DNA of 64,000 bases from Armatimonadota bacterium. Lineage in GTDB: Bacteria > Armatimonadota > SYMT01. This document shows, piece by piece, positions 21,249 through 33,329 of this stretch. Where the stretch lies: positions 32,001 to 96,000 of the forward strand of contig JBKBRF010000012.1 in the NCBI GenBank assembly GCA_046292385.1, written 5' to 3'. The notes beneath the pieces are model-generated. The model did no database searches. It had not been told where the DNA came from and worked only from the letters and a program-made list of their open reading frames with translations. Position 1 is the first letter of the stretch, and each line of letters begins with the position of its first letter. The position numbers were made by a program, and so were the translations under genes.

Positions 21249-22044
21249 AGCTGCCGCCCGTCGGGAACGACGGGACCGCAACCGCCGGAAGCCGGACTTG
21301 CTGGGCGCGCTGCGCACCGCCCTGGTGCTGGCGCTGATCCTGCAGGGAGTCCGGGTGGCCTTCACGTCTCCGCTCATGCGCCTCCAGGAAGTGGAAGTCG
21401 CCGGCTCGGAGCGGTTCACTCCGGAAGAGCTCGTCCGCAAGGCGCACATCCCGCTGGGAAAGAACATTTTCGCCGTCAACCTGGTGCAGGTCTCCGACCG
21501 GCTGCGGGAAGAGCCGGTGCTGGAAGACGCGGTGGTAACGCGGCAGTTCCCACAGGGGCTTCGGATCAAGCTGACCGAGCGCGAGCCGGAGCTGCGGGTG
21601 AGCAGCCGCGGCCGCATTTTCCTGGCCGACGGGGCCGGAGTGGTCTACGAGCCGCAGGATAAGCCGCGCCCGGAGCTGCCGCTGCTGGAGATCGCGGAGA
21701 AGGAGCTTCCGCCGCTGGGACAGGCGCTGAAGCCGGAGTGGGTCAGAGCGGTGCGCGAGTGCGTGCGGCTCGCCGAGAAGGAAGGGCTGACCCTGGGCAA
21801 GATGCGCGTTGACGCCTCCGGGGAACTCTGGTTGAATGTCGAAGCTCCCCAGGCCAGAGGGACGGCGCCGGCGATCCTGAAGGTGCGGGTGGGACGCGCT
21901 ACGGAGCTGCCGGAGAAGTTCCGGGACATCCGGCTCGCCCTGGCCAGCCGGCCCGATCTGCCGGGCTCCGCCTCCTACCTCGACGTGATGTGCGCGGGCC
22001 GTACCGCCTACGCGCCGCTCCCGAAAGAGGACCGCACTCAGTAG
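21220..22044 (+). CDS. ftsQ: cell division protein FtsQ/DivIB
   Basis: Basic N-terminus, TM helix and POTRA-like segment (V.V.G...F.V.L...V.RQFP..L.I.LTEREP); position after ddl. Confidence 0.85.
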   Translation: MARKTKPKSEAAARRERRDRNRRKPDLLGALRTALVLALILQGVRVAFTSPLMRLQEVEVAGSERFTPEELVRKAHIPLGKNIFAVNLVQVSDRLREEPVLEDAVVTRQFPQGLRIKLTEREPELRVSSRGRIFLADGAGVVYEPQDKPRPELPLLEIAEKELPPLGQALKPEWVRAVRECVRLAEKEGLTLGKMRVDASGELWLNVEAPQARGTAPAILKVRVGRATELPEKFRDIRLALASRPDLPGSASYLDVMCAGRTAYAPLPKEDRTQ

Positions 22045-22222
22045 CAACCCGGCGGGGTGATTCTCTCGTATTCGGGGTGTGGGTCGGTGTCGGGCGCGGA
22101 ACGGTGTCATCGCGATCGAACCGCGGCGCGGTTTCGTGGCACTAACAGGTGACGGCGGCGTCTCGCCGCGCCCCGACCCCCTCTCCCGATCCCTGCCTGT
22201 CCGGCGGAGCCGAGGTGCTGGC

Positions 22223-23077
22223 ATGAGCTTGCTGGACGAAGCTGAAGCGGTAAAGAACCCAAACGCGCCCGCTCCGCCTGCGGCGCGGCGTTTCTCCGAT
22301 ACTGCCTGGATCTGGCAGGTGACGGCGCTCAGCGCGGTGCTGGGCGTGATGCTCTCGCTCGCCATCACCACTACGGACCAGTCCCGGAACGCCAACGTTC
22401 CCGGAAACCGCCTGAGCCTCTCGGCCTCCTACGAGGCGATCTTCCGGGAGCAGAACGCCCGGCTGGAAGACGAGATCAAGGACCTCCGCGCGCAGGTGGA
22501 CGGCTACGTCGCGACGATCGACGACAGCAGCCGCGTGACCGAAAAGATGAAGGCGGAGTTCGAAGCGCTGCGCCGGGAAGGCGGGCTCTCGCAGGTAGAA
22601 GGGCCGGGTCTGCGGATCCGACTGCGAGACAAACCGGAAGGCGGCGGTGTTGGAGATTACCAGGTCAACCTGATCCACGATCAGGACCTGAACAACATTC
22701 TGAACGAGCTCAAGGCAGCCGGCGCGCGGAACATCGCGGTGACCGGCGCGGATACGGACCGCTTGCAGCGGGTGATCGTCACCACCACGGCGCGCTGCGT
22801 CGGTAACATCGCGATGGTGAACCACACGCCGCTCGCCGGCCCGTTCGAGATCCTGGTCCTGGGCGATCCACGGGAGCTGCGCGCAGCGCTGGAGCGTCCC
22901 GAAGGCTATATCCGCGAGCGAGAGCTCGACACGCGCCAGATGGTGGAGCTGGAAGAAGCCCCCAGGCTGGTGCTCCCGGAGTATGCAGGGACCCTGACCA
23001 CCCAGTATGCCGAGCCGGTAGAGCCCTCCGCGCAAGACGCGAGCGCCGAATCCGGTGAGACTGCCGCTGCGTCCTAG
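22223..23077 (+). CDS. DUF881 family protein
   Basis: TM helix, coiled coil, GLSQVEGPGLRIRLRD, IHDQDL..ILNELKAAGA and PFEI. Confidence 0.9.
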   Translation: MSLLDEAEAVKNPNAPAPPAARRFSDTAWIWQVTALSAVLGVMLSLAITTTDQSRNANVPGNRLSLSASYEAIFREQNARLEDEIKDLRAQVDGYVATIDDSSRVTEKMKAEFEALRREGGLSQVEGPGLRIRLRDKPEGGGVGDYQVNLIHDQDLNNILNELKAAGARNIAVTGADTDRLQRVIVTTTARCVGNIAMVNHTPLAGPFEILVLGDPRELRAALERPEGYIRERELDTRQMVELEEAPRLVLPEYAGTLTTQYAEPVEPSAQDASAESGETAAAS

Positions 23078-23106
23078 CACCCTGAAAGGCACGTCCGTTT
23101 ACTACG

Positions 23107-23931
23107 ATGTCTGTCACTGCCGCCGACAAGGGTATGGAGAAACGCGCTGAAGGCGCCGAGAATTCCTCGGCGGCCGCCGCGCCGGCCGCGGGTGCCTCCG
23201 GCTCGCACTGGATCTGGCAGGTGACCGCGCTGAGTGTCGCCATGGGCGTGCTCCTCGCGCTGGCGCTGCGCACCACCGGCACGCTGGAGGACCAGGGCCT
23301 CTCCGCCCGGCTGGGGGTCTCCCCCGCCTCGCTCTCCCAGCTCCGGGAGCAGAGCAGGCGGCTCCGCACCGAGATCAAGCAGCTGCGGGAGAAGTCGCAG
23401 GAATTCCGCACTACCGGCAGTGACTCTCAGAAGGCGGCCAAGCTGCTGAAGGAGCAGATCGCGGATTACCGCGCCATTCTCGGCTTCGCGGCGGTCAAGG
23501 GACCCGGGGTGAAGATCACGCTGCGGAACAGTCCCAAGGTGGTGCCCCCCGGATGGGATCCGCGCCTGGTGCAGACCAACGATCAGGACGTGAAGGGCCT
23601 GGTGAGCGAGCTCTGGGCCGCCGGCGCGGAAGCGATTGCGGTAGCGGGAAGCAATACCGGTAAGTTCGAGCGAGTGGTCCTTTCGAGCGTCGTCCTCCCG
23701 GCGGAGGGCGGGATCGAGGTGAACGGGCGCGTGCTCTCCGCGCCGTTCGAGATCCAGGCGATCGGGAACTCGAAGACGCTGGAGGCCGCGCTGGAGATGC
23801 CAGGCGGGATCATCGACAACCGCGAGCTCGAGTTCTTTCAGATGATCAAGATCGAGAAGGCGCAGACCCTTGTCCTACCCGAGTACTCAGGCATCCGGCG
23901 GGCCCGTGGCCCGGCCCCGGCGAACCCATAA
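23107..23931 (+). CDS. DUF881 family protein (second paralog)
   Basis: WIWQVTALS shared with the previous ORF; VKGPGVKITL, ELWAAGAEAIAV and PFEIQAIG. Confidence 0.9.
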   Translation: MSVTAADKGMEKRAEGAENSSAAAAPAAGASGSHWIWQVTALSVAMGVLLALALRTTGTLEDQGLSARLGVSPASLSQLREQSRRLRTEIKQLREKSQEFRTTGSDSQKAAKLLKEQIADYRAILGFAAVKGPGVKITLRNSPKVVPPGWDPRLVQTNDQDVKGLVSELWAAGAEAIAVAGSNTGKFERVVLSSVVLPAEGGIEVNGRVLSAPFEIQAIGNSKTLEAALEMPGGIIDNRELEFFQMIKIEKAQTLVLPEYSGIRRARGPAPANP

Positions 23932-24289
23932 GATCTGGTGGCCGATCCTCGGCTTCACCGTGGGGTTCGCCGCGACGTTCTTCGTCTTCCGCGCGGGGGT
24001 TCCGCTGCCCGCGGCGGGATACCTGTCGCTCGCGGTGCTGGCGGGGCTCGACTCGGTCTTCGGCGGCATCCGGGCCGGCGTGGAGCGCCGGTTCCAGAGC
24101 GACGTCTTTCTCAGCGGCTTCCTGGTGAACATGCTGCTCGCCGTGCTGCTGGTCTACCTGGGCCAGAAGATCGGCGTGCCGGACCTCTACCTGGCGGCGG
24201 TGGTCACCCTGGGCGGCCGCATGTTCCTGAACCTCTCCGTCATCCGGCGGCACTGGCTGGAAAAGAGCCCCACCCGTGGCGAAAAGTGA
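23906..24289 (+). CDS. sbp: small basic protein Sbp (DUF1290)
   Basis: YLSLAVLAGLDSVFGGIRA...F.SGF..N...LG..IGV..LYLAAVV..G.R.F.NL..IRR; start codon uncertain. Confidence 0.88.
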   Translation: MARPRRTHKIWWPILGFTVGFAATFFVFRAGVPLPAAGYLSLAVLAGLDSVFGGIRAGVERRFQSDVFLSGFLVNMLLAVLLVYLGQKIGVPDLYLAAVVTLGGRMFLNLSVIRRHWLEKSPTRGEK

Positions 24290-25508
24290 GCTGGTCGTAG
24301 CTCTGGACATTGGCACGACGAAGGTCTGCACGCTGGTCGCGGAAGTTACGGGCGAGGAGCAGATCGAGATTCTCGGGATCGGGCTGACCCCTTCTCTCGG
24401 CATGAAGAAGGGGGTGGTGGTCGACATCCCCGCCACCGCCGCCGCGATCCGGGAATCGGTCGATAAGGCGAGCCGGATGGCCGGCGTCCACATCGCCACG
24501 GTCTACGTGGGGATCACCGGGGAGCACATCGCCTCCCTGAACAGCCGCGGACGCGTCGGCGTCCCGCAGGAGATCGGGGACGACCACGTCCAGCAGGCGC
24601 GCCTCTCCGCCCGCCACCTCGACCTGCCGCCCGACCGCGAGGTGCTCCACAACATCCCGCGGCAGTACATCGTCGACGGCCAGGAAGGCGTGCGCCATCC
24701 GGTCGGCATGTCCGCTACGAAGCTGGAAGTGGAGACGCACGTCGTCACCGCCGCCTCCAGCTTCGTGGAGAACGTGGTGAAGTGCGTCACCCGGGCGCGG
24801 CTGGAAATCGACGAGATCGTGGTGGAGCCGCTGGCCACCGGCCTGGCGGTGCTCACCGACGCGGAGCGGCAGCTCGGCGTGGCGCTGGCCGACATCGGCG
24901 GCGGCACCACCGACGTGGCGCTCTTCGAGAACGGCGCGGTCACCCACACGAAGATCATCCCGGTGGGCGGAAACCACCTGACCAACGACCTCGCCATCGC
25001 CTTCCGGCTCGACCCGGAGCAGGCGGAGAAGCTGAAGGTCGCTTCCGGTGCCGCGCTGCCGGAAGACGTGGCCCCGGACCAGTACGTGGAGATCCGGATG
25101 ATCGGCGAGGAGGAGTCGCGGGAGATCCCCCGGGCACTGCTGCCGGAGATCATCCAGCCGCGCATGGAGGAGCTGTTCGAACTGCTCCGAGAGCACATCG
25201 AGGCGGCGGCAAAGGACGGCATCTACGTCTCCACCTGCGTGCTCAGCGGCGGCGGGTCGCAGCTTCTCGGCGCGGCCGAGCTTGCGCAGCGGGTGCTCGG
25301 GATGCCGGTGCGGCTGGGACGACCGCGAGAGATCATCGATCCGCGCGGCCTGGCCGGGAGCCCGATCTGCGCCACGGCGGTAGGCCTGCTGGCCTATGCC
25401 TCCCAGCGCCGCGTCGGGCGGCGGCGCGTCAAGGAGCCGAAGGCGCTGCACGTGGCCGCCTTCGCCCGCCTGGCGCGCCTCTTCCGCCGGGGGCCCGCGC
25501 GAAAGTAG
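24276..25508 (+). CDS. ftsA: cell division protein FtsA
   Basis: LDIGTTKVC, G.KKGVVVD, DIGGGTTD, GGNHLTND and LSGGGS. Confidence 0.97.
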   Translation: MAKSELVVALDIGTTKVCTLVAEVTGEEQIEILGIGLTPSLGMKKGVVVDIPATAAAIRESVDKASRMAGVHIATVYVGITGEHIASLNSRGRVGVPQEIGDDHVQQARLSARHLDLPPDREVLHNIPRQYIVDGQEGVRHPVGMSATKLEVETHVVTAASSFVENVVKCVTRARLEIDEIVVEPLATGLAVLTDAERQLGVALADIGGGTTDVALFENGAVTHTKIIPVGGNHLTNDLAIAFRLDPEQAEKLKVASGAALPEDVAPDQYVEIRMIGEEESREIPRALLPEIIQPRMEELFELLREHIEAAAKDGIYVSTCVLSGGGSQLLGAAELAQRVLGMPVRLGRPREIIDPRGLAGSPICATAVGLLAYASQRRVGRRRVKEPKALHVAAFARLARLFRRGPARK

Positions 25509-25717
25509 GGCATCTCCCGTTCCGGAGCCGCCGTGGGAGGAGTCTGCCCGCGGGCGCCGGAACCAGAAAAAGTGTTTTGACGCAGGACGTCCGCTGCATC
25601 AGAATCGGCGTTGGGCCGCTGCCGGGGGCTTGCGGCGCCTCTTTTTTCCAGATTCGCGAAATTTATGCGGTGCACGAGACCGCCGTGTGCCGACCAGTTA
25701 TATCGGGGGAATCGTAG

Positions 25718-26845
25718 ATGGCTGATCCGAGGGGCTCGAACTACGCAGTTATCAAGGTGGTGGGCGTTGGCGGCGGTGGCACCAACGCGGTCAACCGCAT
25801 GATCGAGGCCGGCGTCTCCGGCGTCGAATTCATCGCGCTCAACACCGACTTCCAGGCGCTGGAGATGTCGCTGGCGCCGACTCGCCTGCAGATCGGCGAG
25901 GCGCTCACCAAGGGGCTCGGTGTCGGCGGCAACCCGGAAGTGGGCCGCAACTCCGCCGAAGAGAGCCGGCAGGACATCAAGAAGCTGCTCGAAGGCTCGG
26001 ACATGGTCTTCATCACCGCCGGCATGGGCGGCGGCACCGGCACCGGCGCGGCGCCGGTGGTGGCCGAGATCGCCCGCGACATGGGCGCGCTCACCGTCGG
26101 CGTGGTGACGAAGCCGTTCAACTTCGAGGGCCCGCGCCGCCTGCGGCTGGCCGAAGAAGGCATCGCCACGCTGAAGACCAAGGTCGACACCAGCATCGTC
26201 ATCCCGAACGACCGCCTCCTGAGCGCGGTCGAGCGGCGGGCGAAGCTGACCGAGGCGTTCGGGATGGCCGACGACGTGCTGCGCCAGGGCGTGCAGGGCG
26301 TCTCCGACATCATCACCATTCCGGGTCTCATCAACGTCGACTTCGCGGACGTGAAGGCGATCATGAGCAACGCCGGCACGGCGATCATGGGCATCGGTAT
26401 GGCGGCCGGCGACAGCCGCGCCGTCCAGGCCGCGGAAATGGCGATCGAGAGCCCGCTGCTCGAGGCGAGCATCGAGGGTGCCCGCGGCGTGCTGCTCAAC
26501 ATCAGCGCCGGCAGCGACCTCACGCTCGACGAGCTGTACGAGGCGGCGAACGTGGTCTCCCGCGCTACGGACACCGAAGACGCCTTCATCATCACCGGCT
26601 GCGTCATCGACGACACGCTGGGCGACGCGGTCCGCGTAACGGTGCTCGCTACCGGCTTCCAGGGCCAGGGCGGCCCCGGCGCGCTGTTCCAGCCGGAGCC
26701 GGCGGTCCAGCGCACGCCGATTCGCCCCGCCGCCCCCGCGCACCACCACACCCCGGCCGCGCAGGCGCCCAGCAGCCCCGCTCCGTCCGGCCAGGCAAGC
26801 AACGAGCTGGACATCCCGCCGTTCCTTCGCCAGACGCGCCGGTAA
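25718..26845 (+). CDS. ftsZ: cell division protein FtsZ
   Basis: [33 protein letters not shown] and C-terminal LDIPPFLR. Confidence 0.99.
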   Translation: MADPRGSNYAVIKVVGVGGGGTNAVNRMIEAGVSGVEFIALNTDFQALEMSLAPTRLQIGEALTKGLGVGGNPEVGRNSAEESRQDIKKLLEGSDMVFITAGMGGGTGTGAAPVVAEIARDMGALTVGVVTKPFNFEGPRRLRLAEEGIATLKTKVDTSIVIPNDRLLSAVERRAKLTEAFGMADDVLRQGVQGVSDIITIPGLINVDFADVKAIMSNAGTAIMGIGMAAGDSRAVQAAEMAIESPLLEASIEGARGVLLNISAGSDLTLDELYEAANVVSRATDTEDAFIITGCVIDDTLGDAVRVTVLATGFQGQGGPGALFQPEPAVQRTPIRPAAPAHHHTPAAQAPSSPAPSGQASNELDIPPFLRQTRR

Positions 26846-27080
26846 AGGCAGAAGGCCCTTAAAGGCAAAAGTCAAAAGGCTAAAGGCTAAAGGGGGAGCT
26901 ACCGGAAACGGTCGGCTCCCCCTTTTTTGCGATCCCGGAACCACCGAGATCGGAGTGCAGTCGTTTGACGCGTCTGTCGAGGACGTGCCGGAACGCGAGG
27001 CTCGCCAGCGAGCAGGAGCAGGACCTCCCGTTTACGGTGGGTTCGGCTTTAGCCTTCTGCCTTTAGCCTTTTGCCTTCTG
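26843..27080. repeat. two inverted arrays of 7-bp repeats (NAAAGGC / GCCTTTN) bracketing about 150 bp
   Basis: taaaggc agaaggc ... aaaaggc taaaggc at 26843-26892, and gctttag ccttctg cctttag ccttttg ccttctg at 27046-27080. Confidence 0.7.
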
Positions 27081-27365
27081 CGGCGCGTGTTTGCCTTGCT
27101 GGGTTGTGGGAATACTAATCGGCAGTGACCTCTGCCGCCGCTGTGTTCCCGAAGTCGCAGCCGGCTCCTCTGCCGTTCCCTGCAGGAAAGGCATGTCCGC
27201 TCGCCCAAGTTACCCGGGTGTGCTCCCGCGAGCGCACGCAACCCATTCACCATACCGCTCCGGCAGCGTGGCCGGCGCCAGCTTGGGACTCCTCCCCGGG
27301 AGGGCCTGGCGGCACGGCTCGTCCTGCCTCGCGGTCCGATCATCCAACAGGAGATCTCCCAGACC

Positions 27366-30062
<2,697 letters not shown>

Positions 30063-30096
30063 TCTGCGGCGTGGCGGTGGGCTCCCGGGGCCGTTG

Positions 30097-30125
30097 TTGA
30101 CGCACCCCGGGGCTCTACCTATAAT
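30097..30125 (+). promoter_or_regulatory. sigma70-type promoter of the tRNA gene
   Basis: TTGACG-N17-TATAAT about 36 bp upstream of the tRNA. Confidence 0.8.
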
Positions 30126-30161
30126 GCGGGAAGCGCGGACTCCGGTCCCGCTTCCCCACCG

Positions 30162-30245
30162 GCCGAAGTGGCGGAACAGGCAGACGCGTCGGTCTCAAAA
30201 ACCGATTCTCGAAAGAGAGTGCGGGTTCGATCCCCGCCTTCGGCA
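30162..30245 (+). tRNA. tRNA-Leu(CAA); probable prophage integration site
   Basis: Acceptor stem GCCGAAG/CTTCGGC+A, anticodon arm TCGGT-CTCAAAA-ACCGA, long variable arm CTC-GAAA-GAG and T-loop TTCGATC. CCA is not encoded. Confidence 0.95.
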
Positions 30246-30269
30246 AGCCGCTTTTCGTGGCTGGAAAGT

Positions 30270-30303
30270 GAGAGAGGGTACGTCGCTCGACGTACCCTCT
30301 CTC
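30270..30303. terminator. long perfect inverted repeat between the convergent tRNA and integrase genes
   Basis: GAGAGAGGGTACGTCG-ct-CGACGTACCCTCTCTC. Confidence 0.6.
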
Positions 30304-30315
30304 CGCATCTGGGGG

Positions 30316-30337
30316 CATTTGTCGCCCATTTGTCGCC
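30316..30337. repeat. tandem direct repeat, probable integrase arm-type sites
   Basis: CATTTGTCGCC x2, plus another TTGTCGCC at 30404-30411, next to the att region. Confidence 0.55.
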
Positions 30338-30369
30338 GAAACCTGCGGGAACCCTTCTCCAGCCCGGTT

Positions 30370-31578
30370 TTACGGCCCATCCGTGCCGGTCTGGGTGCCG
30401 CCCTTGTCGCCCTCTTCGGCCTCCTGCATGGCCCGCCGGAACGCCTCCTCATTCCGGAGCGCCGCCGCTCTCTCCATCCCCTCCAGCACGTGCCCATAGA
30501 CCCGGAGCGTCATTCCGGGATCTGCGTGACCGGCGCGGTCCGCCACCACGTTGACGGTCTCCCCGTGCTTCAGCAGGTGGCTGATGTGTGAGTGCCGGAG
30601 GTCGTGGAAGCGAATGTCCAGACCGAGCCGCCGGACGTGCTCCTTGAAGGTCTGGGTCACCTGGTTGGGGACCATTGGCCGGCCGTCCTCCCAGCAGCAG
30701 ATCAATCCGTGGTCCTCGTACGCCGGTCCGAGGGACAGCTTGTGCTGAGCCTGCCTCCCCTTCTCGCGGATCAGCGCCTGAATCAACATCGGCTGCAGCG
30801 TGATGGTGCGGCGGCCGCGCTGGGTCTTGGGCTCCTTGAATCCCAGAGCGGACCGGCCGCCCTTCAGCTCTTGTAGCGAGCGCCGGATCTTCAACCTGCC
30901 AGTCTGCAGGTCGACGTCCTCCCACTTCAGCGCCAGAACCTCGCCACGCCGGGCGCCGGTCAGCACCGCCAGCAGGGTCGGAAGATAGACCGACGTTCCC
31001 TGGATCGCGGAGAGCAGCCGGACCGTCGCGCGTTCGTCGATCGCGGTGGGCTCCTTCTGCGTCACCCGCGGCGGGTCGACCAGGTCCGCCACGTTCCGCG
31101 GTAGTATCTGCCACTTTACGGCCTGCTCCAACGCGCTCCGGAGCACGCGGTGGTAGTGGTTGACCGTTCGGGCGGAGAGTCCCCCCTTCCCGTCCAGGCG
31201 TCCCGCTTCCAGGGCCTCCCGGTAGTACCGCTGGATGTGCTGGGGCTGCAGCTGGGAGAGCTTGTGGGCGCCGAGGCCGGGTATGAGGTGCCGCTCGACG
31301 ATGTCCTCATACCGCTGCCAGGTCTTCGCGTTGACCTTGGCCTTCGCGTGATCGTCAAGCCACTGCCGGAGGTATGCGCCTACGGTAGTGCGGTCCGGCT
31401 GAATGTAATCCCCGCGATTCAGCTCCGCTACCAGGCGTGTAAGCTCCGCCTCGGCTTTGCGCTTGGGGCCGCGGAAGGTGTGGTAGGCACGCTTCCGATT
31501 CCCTGTGACTGGATCGACGCCCAGCTCAAGGGTGATGAGCCAGGTGTCCTTTCCTCGTGGCCGAACGTGACCGCTCAC
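30370..31578 (-). CDS. int: site-specific tyrosine integrase
   Basis: Arm and core-binding domains; catalytic residues in TGARRGE (R), PKT (K), FHDLRHSH (H-x-x-R), GH and VYGH (Y). Confidence 0.96.
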   Translation of the reverse strand: MSGHVRPRGKDTWLITLELGVDPVTGNRKRAYHTFRGPKRKAEAELTRLVAELNRGDYIQPDRTTVGAYLRQWLDDHAKAKVNAKTWQRYEDIVERHLIPGLGAHKLSQLQPQHIQRYYREALEAGRLDGKGGLSARTVNHYHRVLRSALEQAVKWQILPRNVADLVDPPRVTQKEPTAIDERATVRLLSAIQGTSVYLPTLLAVLTGARRGEVLALKWEDVDLQTGRLKIRRSLQELKGGRSALGFKEPKTQRGRRTITLQPMLIQALIREKGRQAQHKLSLGPAYEDHGLICCWEDGRPMVPNQVTQTFKEHVRRLGLDIRFHDLRHSHISHLLKHGETVNVVADRAGHADPGMTLRVYGHVLEGMERAAALRNEEAFRRAMQEAEEGDKGGTQTGTDGP

Positions 31579-32102
31579 GTGTGAGGTCTCCTGCGGGGTG
31601 AAGGGACGTGGTCAACGGGATTGCTGACGAGCATCTGCCAGCGAACCGCCTGGTCCAGGGCGGACCGGAGCACGCTGTGAATGGTGGCGAGAGTGTGCGA
31701 CGAGAGACCGCCGTTCCCTCGAGTACGCCCCTCCGTGGCGGCCCACTCGAAGTACCGGACGACGTGCTCCACGCGGAGCTCCGCGAGCGCGATCGCGCCG
31801 AGGCCGGGTTGGAGCTGCTTGGAAACGATCTCCTGATAGCGACGGAACGAGCACTGGGTGAGACGTGGCTGCGCCGACTCCCGCAGCCAGTAGGTCAGGT
31901 AATCGCCCACGGAGATCGGCCCCAGGTCGACCCGCGGTCCCTGCCAGATGTCTCGGTAGCGGCGAGCCAGCTCCGCCTCCGCCTCTTCGCGCGTGCCGGA
32001 GACACGCACACGGTACTGCCGGCGACGGCGGCCGTCACAGCGCGGAGCGTTAAAGACCAGCTCCCAGCGTCCTCGGCCCAGATCACGCAGGTGCCCCCTC
32101 AT
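31575..32102 (-). CDS. integrase N-terminal-only paralog (arm and core-binding domains, no catalytic domain)
   Basis: 175 aa aligning with the first half of the adjacent integrase (GHLR..G..W.L; AEAEL.R; VG.YL..WL; RY..IV...L.PGLGA..L; GGLS..T....H.VLRSAL.QAV.WQ.L..N..D.V..PR). Confidence 0.8.
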   Translation of the reverse strand: MRGHLRDLGRGRWELVFNAPRCDGRRRRQYRVRVSGTREEAEAELARRYRDIWQGPRVDLGPISVGDYLTYWLRESAQPRLTQCSFRRYQEIVSKQLQPGLGAIALAELRVEHVVRYFEWAATEGRTRGNGGLSSHTLATIHSVLRSALDQAVRWQMLVSNPVDHVPSPRRRPHT

Positions 32103-32356
32103 TGCGACCCGTCCTCGCGTCGGCGGATTATGCCACGTGGCATAACTCCACCCTCTGCTGACCAGATCGGCCGGAAGTGCTGCGCGCCGCGGTAGCGGCG
32201 GACCGTGGTCTCGATCGCGCTCACCAGCCACTCCGCATCCTCTTCGCTCAGCCCCTCGACCCCGGCCATGTCCGGGCAGTCGCGCAGCGGCCGCATCCGG
32301 ATCCGCAGCTCGAGCCACCGCCGGCGGAAGAGATCCGCACCAGATTGTTCCGGCAT
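32099..32356 (-). CDS. hypothetical phage protein; contains palindrome copy 1
   Basis: GGAGG RBS; stop overlaps the next start (ATGA). Confidence 0.6.
   Translation of the reverse strand: MPEQSGADLFRRRWLELRIRMRPLRDCPDMAGVEGLSEEDAEWLVSAIETTVRRYRGAQHFRPIWSAEGGVMPRGIIRRREDGSQ
32128..32145. promoter_or_regulatory. 18-bp palindrome TTATGCCACGTGGCATAA, copy 1
   Basis: Exact copy, about 25 bp upstream of the truncated integrase start. Confidence 0.85.
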
Positions 32357-32359
32357 GGC

Positions 32360-33187
32360 TCACCTCCGCGCCCCGTAGACGGTGCTGCCGAGCCACTGCC
32401 CGGCAGCCACCTGCGCCTGTTCCGCGGCCGCCGCGAGGTCGACCTCGACTCGCTGCAGGCCCGAGCACTGGAAGGGACGATGGCGGAGGTCGAACTCCTC
32501 CACGGTGAGCGCCATCAGATCCCGGGCGAGTTGATGGGCGACCTGCTCGGCGTTCCGGCGGGTGACCGGAAAGTGGTAGAGGGGCTGGACGCTGCCGCGG
32601 CTGGCGACGTAGACCAGCGGATCCTGGCCGGCCTGGTCGCACATCACGTGTCGGTGATGGTAGGCGCTCCACCGCGGCGCCGCGCTCAGATAGACCGGAG
32701 CGTAATGGGCGACGGAGCGGACCCGCTTGTCGACAAACTCCACCTCGCACCCAGAGAGCTCGGCTAGGTCCCGCACGTGGCCCCGATAGGCGCGGACCAC
32801 CCAGGAAGGCAGGAACCAGGCGCCGACGAATTCCGCCGCGCGCGCCTCGTCGATCATCCGCCACCGCTCCGCCAGGCGGAGCAGCTTCGGGTCGCCGTCC
32901 GCTTCCTGGCGGAGGAGCTCTCCGATCCCGAGGCTCAGGAACAGGTGCCCCAGCTCGTGCAGGAGTGCGACACTCCAGCGCTCACCGTGCAGCCGCTCCG
33001 GCAGCGTGATTACCGCCGGCTTGTCCTTCCGGTGCACGATCCGGGGGCACTCGATCGGCTCGTGCCGAATCAGCACCGCCTGCCCCAACCACTCCACCAG
33101 CCGATCCAGGTCGTGATCCGTCGGCACGCCAGGGATCTGTAACGCCAGCCGAACTGCCTCCGCCCTTTCCTCCACCCAGTGAATCAT
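32360..33187 (-). CDS. ImmA/IrrE-family metallopeptidase (anti-repressor)
   Basis: LLHELGHL (HExxH) with downstream E.RAAEFVGAWFLP; located between repressor and integrase. Confidence 0.8.
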   Translation of the reverse strand: MIHWVEERAEAVRLALQIPGVPTDHDLDRLVEWLGQAVLIRHEPIECPRIVHRKDKPAVITLPERLHGERWSVALLHELGHLFLSLGIGELLRQEADGDPKLLRLAERWRMIDEARAAEFVGAWFLPSWVVRAYRGHVRDLAELSGCEVEFVDKRVRSVAHYAPVYLSAAPRWSAYHHRHVMCDQAGQDPLVYVASRGSVQPLYHFPVTRRNAEQVAHQLARDLMALTVEEFDLRHRPFQCSGLQRVEVDLAAAAEQAQVAAGQWLGSTVYGARR

Positions 33188-33329
33188 CCGTATGTTCCCT
33201 CTCCATCGTATTCAAACTACTGTTTGCGTATACCATGGGCCGGCGAGGCCGTCCGTAGACGACGGGTGTACGAATGTGCCAATCGGGCTGAACGGTCGCG
33301 GAGCGACTGCGGAGAGGGTGGGGTGCAGT

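Noticed and set aside
32103..32864. N-terminal part of the 429-aa ORF 31575-32864
   Set aside because: It overlaps the ImmA-like and 85-aa genes; integrase similarity begins only at the ATG at 32102.
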